63,676 bases of DNA from Lama glama (taxonomy: Eukaryota). Under the pieces are notes generated by a model that had not been told where the DNA came from, searched no databases, and was given only the letters and a program-made list of their open reading frames with translations. Positions 12,701 to 24,664 of this stretch are shown piece after piece (within the stretch, counting starts at the first letter, position 1; every line of letters starts with the position of its first letter). The position numbers and the translations under genes were made by a program. The DNA lies in the NCBI GenBank assembly GCA_028534125.1, contig CM052817.1:7008001-7071676 (forward strand), in the 5' to 3' direction.

Positions 12701-12849
12701 CTGCAAAGCTTGTAGCCTCAGCCCCATTTCCAACACACAACAGAAAAATTCCCAGTTAAAATACACCAAATTAAAGTAAGTTTTACTCTTCTCTTCTATC
12801 TTGACATAGAGGAAGGGGAAAATATCAACTAATTCAGTGTGCAAAACTT

Positions 12850-13770
12850 AATAAAACTAAAACAAATAACCCAGTAATAAATGGGTAAATGATGTGAACA
12901 GATACTTTACCAAAGAAAGTATGTGGCAGGCAAAGAAGTACATGGATATATGTTTAATATAATTAGTCATTAGGAAAATGCAAATTAAAAACACAGTGAG
13001 ATGCCATATAATCATATTAGAATGGCAAAACAAAACAAGAATAAAAACCTGACAATCTCAAATCTCAGATGGTGGCAAGGATATGGATCAATTAGAATTC
13101 TCACACATTACTGGTACAGATGCAAAATGGGACAGTCACTTTGGGAGTTAAAGTGGCAGTTTCTTCTCAAGGAAAACATACATTTTTTTTATGCAACCCA
13201 GAATTTATGTCCTTAGGTGGAATCTAAATGAAATAAAAACTTATGTTCATATAAAAACTTGCACAAGAATGTTTATAGAATATTTATTCATAATCACCAA
13301 AATGTGGAAATAAACCAAACGGCACTCAGCTGGTGTCTTAATTAAAAAATAAATAAATAGACTCTGGTATACGCATGCAAGAAAATAAAAAATTACTTAT
13401 ACTAGCAAAAAAATAAAATAAAACAGATAAATCTCAAAGGTGCTATGGCAGATGAAAAAAAACAATCCCAACCGGCTACATGCTGTGTAATTTGCTTTCT
13501 ATGACATGGTGGAAATAGTACCAGTGCTTCAGAGACTGAACCAGTCATTTCCAGCAGCTGCGCATTGAAGAGGATTTGACACACACAAAAGGGACTGGGA
13601 ATCGTTGTGTGTGTGATGGAGATGTTCTATGCCTTGATTGTGATAGTGGTTACAAGCTCATGGATGCTGGTCAAAACTCAGAGAACTGTAAACAACACTC
13701 TCCAAATTGTACTATACGTAATTATATATAATTGTATATTAAGTAAAAATGTAAAATAAAAAAAAAACAA
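12850..13770 (+). mobile_element. Old L1 (L1MC/MD class), ORF2 end plus 3' UTR and A-tail
   Basis: 'ttagtcattaggaaaatgcaaattaaaaacacagtgagatgcca' (ORF2 end), 3' UTR 'tgatggagatgttctatgccttgattgtgatagtggttac', A-rich tail near 13760. Confidence 0.9.
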
Positions 13771-13879
13771 AATCAACTTTGAGGTAAAGTTAGAGTAAGG
13801 GTGTCACCATAACATCCCAAATTTCTCAAATGGTTAAGTGTACCATATCGTGGCAAAAATTAGATTAAGTGTATTCTGA

Positions 13880-14775
13880 CCCAGTACATTTTTCTATTAG
13901 ATAAAAATTACTCAGGACAATAATCAAATTAAGATCAGAGGCCAAATAGAGTTACTTTGCAGAAATTGTACTGTCAACAGTGAAAGAAAGAGGGAAAGGG
14001 GGGGGGGCGAGAGAAAGAGAGAGAGAGAGAGGAGTAGGGAAAAAAGATCTGGTGAAAAATCAATAAAATATAGCAGAGCCAAGAATTTTTCCTTTAAAAA
14101 GGACAATCTGGTAGCAGTTACTGGAGAATGAACTGACTGGAGTTGAACATAGAAGTCTACTATTTTTTTAAAAAAAGTTGTACTGGCAAGATCCAAGAAA
14201 CCTAGACTAAAAATTCTGATCAAACTTAGTTCTTCAGCCTTGACAATTCTTTGTGCAGGAAGGAAATGGGAAAAAGCAGTACAGTTCAAGGGAGACAGAC
14301 TCTCTAAAACTCTCTTCAAATGTAGTTGAGGAAGATAATGGAAAACAAGCACATCAAGAAGACGGAGCTAAGGACCATGAAGAAGTAGATGACAACCTTC
14401 CCAAAGGACACCACGGTAACATAATGCAGAATGAAGACCACATCGGGGTGGAGGGAACCCACAGTGTCTGCCCAATGGAAACTGGCAGTTCCTCAAGACC
14501 AGTAACTAGAATGCGTCGTCCATTTATCCTTTCTCTGTTCTATGTTCGGGGCCTGGAGGTAATAACCAGGCTTTGCTCATAGTTCTCTGGACAAAGTGAA
14601 GACCTTCTGGACTGAAAGTAGCAATGGTTGCGTTCTTTAGAGATTCCAGACTTTGACCAGAATGAGCTTATTGACTTGAACTTGGAACTTGACTTGCCTC
14701 CCTTTGGAAAGGGATGGCTATGCTTTTGAGTTGGGGAAGAAGTGAATATGGGAATGTTTGGCCAGAAGAACAATC
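13880..14775 (+). mobile_element. MaLR internal sequence (MLT1H/I/J-int-like), 3' part
   Basis: 'actgactggagttgaacatagaagtctact', 'gaggaagataatggaaaac', 'agagattccagactttgacc' and a purine-rich end 'ggccagaagaacaatc' abutting an MLT1 LTR. Confidence 0.7.
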
Positions 14776-15160
14776 TGTGCCAGAGACATAACCTTAAACA
14801 CACATTCTATCTTCTTACCCACGTTTTCCAGCCTCTTTGTAGTGAGACAGGACTATGTGACTACAGCAGATCAGTAGGCTTAGAGTTGGGTAAGAATGTG
14901 TTCAAAGCACATAAGAGCCTTAGTTCATGGTCATATAGCTGTCTTTCCCTCCATCACAGAACCCCAGAAGTCACTGTACTCCAGTTAACACAGTTACCAA
15001 GTGGTAAGTCATATGTCAGCTGGTCCCTGAGTGAATGGAGCAGAACCAAACCTCTCCTCTCTTCACTAATATTGGCAAACAATGGATATGCAACATAATG
15101 AAAATAAGCTTTAATTGCAATAAGCCACGAGAGCAATGTCTAGTGATTCTAACTAAAACA
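14776..15160 (+). mobile_element. MaLR 3' LTR, MLT1H/I-like
   Basis: 'tttccagcctctttgtagtgagacaggactatgtgact...ggtccctgagtgaatggagcagaa...taagccac...ctaactaaaaca'. Confidence 0.75.
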
Positions 15161-16139
15161 CCTTGAAAACTCCAAAATCATTGTGTCCCACAATGCATTA
15201 ATATTAGAAAATAAATTACAGCTTTCTTGAAAGTGCATCTAGACTGAAGAGTTCTTCCAAGTAGAGAGGCATATTTTATTCAAAATTTTTATTGAATGCA
15301 AGACATCTCTACTTGATAATTGAGTTGATTACATGACCACAGGTTTTGTGATCATATTTATGTCCCCTTCACTAAAAAGAAGAAATTTCTGACTGCTACA
15401 ACCGACTTTGATGTCTCTGTTGCCGGTATATCTCTGGATTTTTTCTCTAGTGCTCATTTGTTACTTAACCACATTAAAGCCTTCTACAGTTTATCTTTAT
15501 TCTGAAAATAAGGGTAGTTTGTCTTTGTCCTACTGAGACTAAAAACTCTTTGAAGTGAGACCCATTTCAACATGACTCATATAGGAAGATGTTCCAACCA
15601 AGTCAGGAAGAATTGCACCGTGACAAATACATGGAAAGTGGTTCTGTGTTGCCTAATGGAAGTGAAACAAAGGGTAGGTAGCTCTTCAAAGGCATATTTA
15701 ACAAATATTTATTGAGCACTTGTAATTTCTACCCCCTTTTGTTTTGGGGGAGTGTGTTCAAGCTGCACATGGGTGGTGAGCTCTTTCTTAAATACATCTG
15801 GTTTTAGCTGTAAAATCTGAGACAGGTTTTTACTAATCAGTTTCCTGGGGAAAAAAAATAAAAATCCATCCCAGAAAAGAAATCTCAAATACTTATCATA
15901 TCACACCTCTGGCTTGATTTAATGCATTCAAGAATGCAAAATTCTCATCTGCTATTTAAATATGCTGAGAATTCATGAGAATTTGCCACCCATAATTTGA
16001 GCTGATTAACCTCATGAGCTCTGAGAAAACAGATTGAGTTTCCTCTAATATAAAGCCACAAGGAGAGAATACAAATTAAAAGGACAGCTGATTCAAGGAG
16101 CCACACTTACTTACGCAACCCACAGAAAGAGAGATGAAA

Positions 16140-16292
16140 TAAGCTATCATTGAGTGAGCATTTACTGTGTGTCAGAAACTGTGCTGATAACATCACAAAC
16201 AATAATTTATTATTCAAATAATCCCACAAGGTAAATAATACTATTGTCATATTTAATCAATTTAACTAAGGAAAGTTTGCATGTAACACAAT
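16140..16292 (-). mobile_element. MIR fragment
   Basis: 'ctatcattgagtgagcatttactgtgtgtcagaaactgtgct...ctaaggaaa'. Confidence 0.7.
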
Positions 16293-16294
16293 GT

Positions 16295-16520
16295 ACCTCA
16301 TCAGATTTTGGATTCATCAAGACTTCACAATCTCGTGAGCCAATTCCTTTAAATCTTTCTCTCTCTCTCTCTGTCACCATTTCTGTCTCTGTCTCTCTCC
16401 CTTTCTCTTTTTCTCTTTACACACACACACACACCTGTATACACACACACACCTATATATAAGTGTATGCACACACAATATGCTATTGGTTCTTTTTCTC
16501 TGGGGAACTCTGACTAATGA
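16295..16520 (+). mobile_element. ERVL LTR 3' part, MLT2B-like, with internal (CT)n/(CA)n
   Basis: 'cagattttggattcatcaagacttcacaatctcgtgagccaattcc' and terminus 'ctattggttctttttctctggggaactctgactaat'. Confidence 0.85.
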
Positions 16521-16717
16521 AGGTTTGGTACTGAGAAGTTGTTTGCTGCCATAACAACTATCTACATATATGGAAATGACTCTGGAACAGGGCAATGGCT
16601 GAAAGGGTTTTGAGATACACATTAGAAAAAGCCTAGATTGTCTTAAAGAGATTGTTGATAGAAATATGGACATTCTGATGAGTACCAGGTGAAAATGAGG
16701 ACCATGCTCTCAGAAAC
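16521..16717 (+). mobile_element. MaLR-type internal sequence, 5' part (MLT1-int/MLT-int-like)
   Basis: 'tttggtactgagaagt...tgctgccataacaac...ggaacagggcaatggc...tagaaaaagcctagattgtcttaaagagattgttgatagaaatatggac'. Confidence 0.75.
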
Positions 16718-17765
16718 ACCAGATGGGCCCACTGTGAGTAAGACCTGACCAGTCACCTGACTGACGGGAGCCCCACCTTGACTGGCAGGACACAGAGCTG
16801 TCTTGGGCCCGTGGGCAGTGACATGATTGCAGAGCCAGTGTCTAATATATGTCTCCCTAAGTCCGGAAATTTTTTTAAAATTTTGTTTTAAATGCACGAT
16901 CATTCCAGTTAATGGCCACAGATCCCTTAGGGGAAAGTTCAGAGGATGCTTTAAGTTGTTTAATAGTGGCAATGGGGCAGAATTCTTCCTTAAGCTGAGT
17001 TATCCTCTCCTTAACTCAGGGGTGGCGGTGTTCGCCGTTGGCTGTTGTTGTTTTGACTGTGAATTGGCTTCTGTGCACCTAGGTCAAATTTTGTGACTTT
17101 CTGCTACGGAAGTTCAGTCATGCTGGGCTGCTAGATCTAGAGTTTTTTTTCTCATTTTTAGATCAAGAAACAGTCTAGTAGGCTGTTAGGCTGCCTTGAA
17201 GGTGACGCATGCATCGCTTACGAGTTTACTGAGACGTCATACAAATGAGATTTGTTGTGTACTTTCCCTCAGGAGCAGGGGGAAGCTTTCTACAGGGAAG
17301 CTCTGCCGCTGACCACTGGGCGCTAGTCAAAAGAACTGCACACTCTGCAGAAGACCAACAAGATGAACACACCGGGACCGCTTTCCGGTCTCTTTATTCA
17401 TATTTACTCATCAAGACTAGTATTAAGCAAATGAAGTAAATTTTCAAAGTCAAGCAGGAGTCAAAACAGTTGTTTTTTTTCTTAATCCCTAATCCAGCTT
17501 TTAAAAAAAATGCTAACCCATTTCCATGAAACAGTTCAGGGAAGACACACTCAGAAGAAATAAATTGTGTTGTTTCCCTTTGGACAGTGGAATCACTTAG
17601 GGAAACCTCACAAATGTACATGGTGGACGTTAAGTCGGGCAGAACCTAGCGAAATCATGAAGTATGAGAGGCATTTCTTTCGCATCTCTCGATTTCTCTT
17701 TCTTTAATTATTCCCCATTCCCCTAATCACAGCCTGTGCAAGAACCCAACTTTCACATAAATCTT

Positions 17766-17872
17766 ACATAAATCTTAGCAATGTTCTCCTAGGGCAGTCT
17801 ACCCAGGCAATTAAAATAAAAGCAAAAATAAACAAATGGAACCTAATTAAAGTTTTAAGCTTTTGCACATCA
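17766..17872 (+). mobile_element. Isolated L1 ORF2 internal fragment
   Basis: From 17768 translates INLSNVLLGQSTQAIKIKAKINKWNLIKVLSFCT, matching the ORF2 motif KIDKWDLIKLKSFCT. Confidence 0.85.
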
Positions 17873-19194
17873 GCTTTAATGGTGACTATGCAATCCCTTC
17901 ATTAACCACATGATGCTAAGTATCTAAGTGCCAGTCCCTGTTCAAACACTTGGCACGTATCTGAGAACCAAGCCAAACCAAGAGACTCTCATGCGGTCAA
18001 ATGACTTAAATGTTGGGTCAGAAATCAGAACAACTGCCTTAAAAATGTGCACCATGAGGGAGAAGGGTGATGTTCTCCAAGCTACTGAGTCACACGTTTC
18101 CTTCTGAGCTCCTTTTGTTCTCCGAAGCAAATCTCTTATGCAAGCAAAAATAAATAAATAAAGCATCACTCAGAGTCAACTTTATTTTGATGTTAATTTA
18201 CAAGGCATCCATGTGACCCGATTAACTAAATGCACCGTACGAAAGAATCTATTCTTGAAACGAGTTTTCCTTCAACCTCCTTGGAGAACTACACTGGAGG
18301 CCTCCTTATGGGCTGCCTTTCCCCAGGCCTTGCTTTCTTCTTTCTCTGAATCACACATGCTTTGATTAGCATCACTCTTTTGGGAATATTTCTCAAGGAG
18401 ATTTCTTTTTTTTTTCCCCCTCCACTTGCCTCAGGTTTGTATAGGTTATTTAATAGTGCAATTAATTATTGTTTTATGACCAGATGAAAGGTTCTTTTAT
18501 TTGTTCTTTCTTCATATTTTTTTCATCGCTGAGATATGAATAACTTTCTCTTCCCCAAAGGAGAATAAAGTGGACTTTGATAAAGGTCAGGAAAAGAGAG
18601 TTGGAGGGAGGGAAATTCATTTATTATCTCCCTTGGCACTTTCTGTTGCCTTTTGAAAAATAAAAATTCTGTCAGAATGAAGAATTTTATAATAGCATGT
18701 GTTCAAACTAAAAACATAACTTGCATTAGCAAAATGTTATATTTTTTCCCCTTTTCCTCAAGTATTTTCTTTATTAGGCAGAAGTGATAGCTTGAAAGGA
18801 AACATTGATCAGGTCTTGTAAGAGCCAGGGCTGAACTTTTCTATACAAGTTAATTTAACTCAAAAGGAGATATTTTGTTGATTATATATCCTTATTTTTT
18901 TCTTATATTTTTATTACTCCAGCTTATTATAGATAGAAACACTTGCAACCCTACATCTGGGCAAGTTTTTTGTGTTTGTTTGTTTTTTTATCTCTCTTCA
19001 CAGAAGGAAGAAAGGAATCATTGCATATTCTAGGAGTTACGTTATTCACATAGTGGAAGGATCATCTCAGTCTACGAGCAGTAATGGGAGTGGAATGAAA
19101 CACATCACGAGGGTCCAGCTGATACCTTGACAAGACAGTAGATGTACTAAATTAAACATATTTTGGGAGAAGTGGATCAATCTACTAGTTAACC

Positions 19195-19990
19195 CTATCA
19201 ACCAGGTTTTGCTATGAAATAGATGGCCACAAATTATCAGTTCACATTGCTCTGGTCAGCTTGGGCTGCTACAAATTGCCATATGCTGGGTAGCTCAACC
19301 AATAAACATGTGTTTCTCAGATTGTTGGAGGATGGGAAATCCAAGATAAAGATGCTGGCAGATCTGGGGTCTTGTGGGGGCCTCTTCTTTGTTTGCAAAA
19401 GGCCGTCAACTTACACCCTCAAATGGCTTTTCCTTGGTGCTTACACATTGATGGAGATTTTGAGTTTCTTTCTCCTTTTAATAAAGGTGTTAAGCCCTAT
19501 CATGAAGTCCCTGCTCTCATGAACTAACCAACCTTAATTACCTCCCAAATGCTCCACTTCCAAATACCATCACATTGGACATTAGGGCTTCACTGTGTGG
19601 ATTCTGAGGGAACACAGACATTTCAGTCCGTATCCGGCACACACTGTATTTACTCGTCTCTTGTGTGCTCACTACCGCATTGGGATCTGGTTGACTCAGG
19701 ATCTGCTGACTGGGCTGGCCTCCCCGCTGCAGTTGGGTTTGGCTCTATGCCACAAGTCTCTCATCCTCCTCAAATCAGGTGTTAGCAAAGACACATTCTT
19801 CTCATAATGAAAGTCAGGCACTCATTCTCATTTCTCTTTGGATCACCTTTGCTGAAAAAAAAAACCACTGGCCAAAACAGATCAAGTTAAGTCAGACCCA
19901 AAGTCATGAGGCCAGGGAGTACATCCCATCCAACACAGATGTCAGGAGGGGAGGAGAAAGTGAATGTATTCAGAAGCACGATCTGATCAT
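19195..19990 (-). mobile_element. Old MLT1 (I/J-like) LTR, split by MLT1A
   Basis: Pieces at about 19195-19245 and 19636-19990; 'cactggccaaaacagatcaagttaagtcagacccaaagtcatgaggccagggagtaca'. Confidence 0.55.
19250..19635 (-). mobile_element. MaLR LTR, MLT1A/A0-like
   Basis: 'gggaaatccaagataaagatgctggcagatctgggg...aattacctcccaaatgctccacttccaaataccatcacattgg...aacacagacatttcagtcc'. Confidence 0.9.
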
Positions 19991-20759
19991 GAAACTTTCC
20001 GACTCCAAAAGCCTTCAGTGACTATTCTAATTCTTCTTCTCAGTAAAGTCAAAATAGTTGTACATTTTTGCGGGGTGGGGGTTGTTTTGTTTAAAGATTT
20101 TTACATGTGTATAAATTGCGCTCTACTGTAAAGTATTTGTTTATTTATCAGTCTCTTTCTAAAGGCCACCGGGAATGTTTCATTTTGTCTGGTGTACACA
20201 GCGATCAGTATATTCAATAAATATTTATTAGACACATTGGCTACAAAATGTGTGCGACTAATTTTCATGATGTTGTTTTGCATTTTAAGACATGCAATGA
20301 ATAATATTTTAATGTTTTTATAAATTCTACCTCCTCATACATTTATTAAGAGGATTAAACAATAGAGTGCATAGAACACCATAAACACCCAAGAAACACT
20401 AGCCGTCCTTATTACAACTATTATTATTACACTTAAATTTAACAGCTAAATTTGTACCTTATATCTCTATATATCTATTTTAATTTATATAAATTTCTTC
20501 CCACTACTATGATTTATTATACTTATTAAAGTACAGATTATCTCTACTAACTGGCTGCTGAAATCAGGCAGAAACAAAATAAAACAAATTAAACACCAGT
20601 TTCTAAGTTTTTGCACTACTACCCACACAGATCTGAGTTTCTATGTAAAGTTCTGGTTTTATGAGAATGTAACATTTTTGTGTAGAAGGAAAATCTTGGT
20701 TTGCTCATATGCACATTGTGAGTCATACCTTTTGAGCATAATCATAACTATGATACGTA

Positions 20760-22420
20760 GAACACAGGGTGACATGAGGTTTTGAGCTGCTCCTATTGGG
20801 GCATGCTCAAAGCAACTGAAGGGTATTTATAACTGCCCTCTGTGGTGCTAAAGGAAGCCTGATGCTGAGTGATGAGAAAGAGAGTCAGTGGGGTTTGCTT
20901 GTGGACTATGCTCCGGGATGACACTGTCAAGTACAGAACTAACACAGTGTTCACTTGTGTGATGGTGAACGTTAGGACATAGTTCTAAGCCAGAGTGAAT
21001 AGGTTTAACAAAGGCTGCTTTTGTTTGTTTGTTTGTTTTTGTTTTACCTTAAGCTGGCTTTCCCTTTGAGGGTATGCCCAAGCTAAGAAATTTCAAGGAG
21101 AATGGAGCTTCAGTGCAAAGTATTAGCCTTTTTGGGAAGAAGGGCAAGAGACTGGATATGGGGTACTACAGGAGCTGCTGGAAATTTAGGGAAGATATGC
21201 CAGAAAAGGAAGTGTTTCAGAAGGGGATCTTCAAAAGTCTACATATAAATTCATCTCAATTTTTATCAGACTCCAGAAATGCATGTGTGCAGCTAATGAA
21301 TCCAAGGTATCCAGCTAAAAGCAATAACAAGATGACTAAAGAGGTGAGCAGAATTAGCCACAGTTGCCCAGTGCTTGGGAAGGGTGTTGATACAGCCTTC
21401 ATACTTTCTACTGAAAACCCAAAGGGCCGTGACTTAAGAGTAAGGGCATCACAGAAGCAAGCATTAAAACCTAGGATTAAGGCAAATTTTAAATAGTGAT
21501 CAAAAAGCCTAAACCCAAGTTGCCATGGGACCACAATGATCCATCAGTGATTCCACTGCCCGTTAGAACCAAATCAATCTCTTCTCAAATGAAGGGAAAA
21601 ACAACAAAAATCCTCCAACTCTCTCAGTGTATAGTTCACAATATCAAAATACTGGCAGAACAAACTACTGCCAGGCCTTCAGAAAGCAGGAAAATCTGAC
21701 CCATCATCATAATAAAACTAGTCAATAAAAACAGACCTAAGCATTTCTCAGATGTTGAAATTGAAAGACAAGGACTGTAAAATAACTATGATATTTTAAA
21801 ATATTTACAAGAAAAAATGATCAAGAATTTTCAGGAAAAAAGTGAGGGAATTTAGTTATACAGAGATTCTTAACAACCAAATGAAACGCCTAGAACTGAA
21901 ATGTGCATTAACTTAAAAAAAAAAGATGTTATTTATAATAGTTTTGGACAATGCATAAGAAATGGTTATGAATAGGAAGACAAGATCATCAAAATCTTTC
22001 AAATTGTAGGGAAATAACTGGAAAAATGAGCAGAACTTTGACAAGTTATAAGGTAGTAGCTAATGGAGTCACACATGTGGAACTGGAGTTCAGCAAGGAG
22101 AGAAGAGTGAGCATAGGGCAAGAAAATCTCTTTCAAGAAATAGTAGATAAAGTATTTTCAATTTCATTAAAACCACTAGCACATAGATGAGTGAAAGCCA
22201 AACAGGATCAATACAGAGAAAAACATATGCCAAGGCATTTCATAGTAAAATCACTGAAAAGCAAAGTAAAGAGAATATCAAAAGCAATTAGAGAAAATAC
22301 AAAAAAGATGCACCCCACAGAGTGAATTAGGATATGAATGATGGCTAACTTTTCAACATATGGGATCTCGAAGATAATGGTGCAGAATCTTTAAAATGAT
22401 GAACATAAAAAAAAAAATCT
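20760..22420 (+). mobile_element. Old L1M 5' UTR plus decayed ORF1
   Basis: 'aagcaggaaaatctgaccca', 'cagatgttgaaattgaaagacaaggactgtaaaataactatg', 'aactggagttcagcaaggagagaagag', 'gatggctaacttttcaaca'. Confidence 0.8.
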
Positions 22421-22424
22421 TGCC

Positions 22425-22920
22425 ATATTAGTTTGGCTACTACAACAAATTACCACAAGTTAAAGGCTTAAAGCAGCACAGATTTAGTCTTCACAATTCT
22501 AGAAGTTAAAAGTCTGAAATCAGTTTCACTGTGCTAACGTCAGTGTTGGTATGACTGGTTCCTTCTGGAGGCTCTGAGAGGAGAAACTTTTTTCTGTCTT
22601 TTTCGGCTTTTAGTGGCCACCTGCATTCCATGGCTTGTGTCCCTTTCTTCAAAATTCAAAGTCATCCATCCCCTCAGTCTCTGTTTCTGTCACTCCATCT
22701 CCTTCCCAAACTCTCTCAAACTCCTTCTGTTTTCCTCGTATAAGGATCCTTCGGATGAGATTTGCGGCTTCCTGTGTAACCCAGGATGACCTCCCATCTC
22801 AAGATCATTGGTAACACAACATAATATGGTACCTCAACTATATATCAATTTAAAAATTTATAACCTAATCATGTGTGCAAAGTCTTTTTTTTGCCATATT
22901 AGGTAATATTCAGAGGTTTC
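22425..22920 (-). mobile_element. MaLR LTR, MLT1C-like, carrying a ~55-bp L1-tail insert (about 22807-22860)
   Basis: 'acaaattaccacaagttaaaggcttaaagcagcacagattt...ccttctggaggctctgagaggagaa...ccaggatgacctcccatctcaagatc'. Confidence 0.85.
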
Positions 22921-23669
22921 TACTGTCATCTTTCAGAATCCATCAGTTTTCTGCAAGAAAATACAAAAACAGATGCAGTTTTCTGCAGCAAAATACAAAA
23001 ACAGACAGAAATTGCGATGGGCATATGGCAGGGCCCACCACTTACGCATTCTTTAGGTCCCTAAGGGTGGCATTAATGTCAGCCCTCTCACCCAAGAACC
23101 TGACGTTTTTGATCCACCCTCTTGGCTGGGAGGGGGAAGGTAAAATTTGAGAAGGTTTCACTTGGTCTTCTCCACTACCATAGCTCTTACCCCACCAGCC
23201 AAGGGACCAATGTGGGGGTTCCACCAGCTATCAAGCGTGCCAATCCCAGCTGTCTACTGAAGGACTGGGGAAGTGATCACTGAGTGGGGCATAGACCCAG
23301 TGACCCAATCAACGCTGACCTTCACTTGTGACCTGCCTCCCTTAGGCCTAACACAAGGGTCTAAAAGATGACACTTTAGGGTTCCCGGTTTTGATAACAA
23401 CTCAGACCTCAGCTCCAGCCCTGTTCCTAATGGTCTGTGAAATGTATTGCTACTCCCCTTTCCCCCAGCTGTGCAGTTACCTGAATTAATGGTTGCACAT
23501 CCCTTTGGGGAAAGACTGGGAGATTCATGTCTACCTAACTAAGCTGAATCTTTGATTTTCAAGGACCCCTGGAGAGTTTACAAAAAATTTTCTAATTTTC
23601 AATTTCACATCATCACCACTAATATAACAAGACAGTAGACTAAAGCCACTCAAAAAGAGAAGGTTTATG

Positions 23670-23897
23670 AGATGGTAGTTAGCTCTGAAAGCAGACTGAG
23701 TACAAATCCTAGCTCACGGGCTTTGTGACCAGTTACCCAACCTGTCTGCGCTTTAGTTTCTTTACCTGTAAATGAGGAAGAATAATAATAGTGTTTACTT
23801 CATAAGGACACTGAGAATACTGTGCAATTTAACAGATATATAGCTCTAAAAATCAAGCTTGGCATAAAGTAAGCCCTCTGTATTGGCAGCATCATTA
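23670..23897 (+). mobile_element. MIR SINE
   Basis: 'caaatcctagctc...tgtgaccagttacccaacctgtctgcgctttagtttctttacctgtaaatgagg'. Confidence 0.85.
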
Positions 23898-24664
23898 CTG
23901 CCCGGCACCTCCTTACGACAACTGATACAGTTTTAGTCAGACAACCCTAATAAGGAGGAATCCCATCAGCAATCGAAACTGTAATGAGTCCAACTTCAGT
24001 TTTTTTCCCTGTGTCCTCAAATACTCACAAGGTGTCTATAATGGTGCTGCTTTCTCAAGATTATAGGGGTGTTTGGGATAGATTTTGTCTCAAATGCACT
24101 TTTCCCAAATTGCAGTTCAATATGTTCCTCATCTTTTGCTTTTTTACCACAAATATAAGGTTAATGGGGCACATGCTTCTTGACCGCGGAGTTGGGAAGG
24201 ACAGGACATTGAAAAATGCAGCTGGAACAGCTTCTAGGAACCAGGTGGAAGTGATCCTTTAATACAAAATGGCTTCTTGTATTGTGCAATTGGAGGCAAA
24301 AGCGAAATCTCTACTGTTGGAGCCAGCCGACAATCGATCAGGTCCAGAAACCTGTGCTGCAGGACTGAGAAAAGGAAAGACATAACAAAGAGACAGCAAG
24401 ACAAGACAAGTTGGGGTTGAGAGGGTCTCACTCTAGCCCGCAAGACGCTAGGTCAAGAGTGGACTTCGAGTTTATTTCAGGCAGTTAATTTATACAAATT
24501 CAAGTGACTACCTTGTGCATTCTTGCACGTAGGCACAGGTATTGTTTTTCAGGGTACATTAATGGTGTGCACTAAAATCATTATCATTGTTTACTGTTCC
24601 ATACACCAAGATTGACTGATCCCCAAAAGCTAAGATCATAGACTAAGATTATTGTTCCTTTAGG

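Noticed and set aside
14307..14492. Hydrophobic minus-strand frame (…VVFILHYVTVVSFGKVVIYFFMVLSSVFLMCLFSIIFLNYI*) and the overlapping 109-aa plus-strand ORF as a membrane-protein gene or pseudogene
   Set aside because: The DNA matches MLT1 internal sequence abutting an MLT1 LTR, the frame is closed by an upstream stop, and I recognise no protein family
17308..17328. CTCF site 'tgaccactgggcgctag'
   Set aside because: Spacing is 3 bp shorter than the CCASYAGRKGGCRS core
20831..20850. CTCF site 'ctgccctctgtggtgc'
   Set aside because: Only the 3' ten bases of the core match, and it lies within the L1 5' region
21074..21496. 140-aa ORF
   Set aside because: Lies in the old L1M 5' region; no recognisable protein
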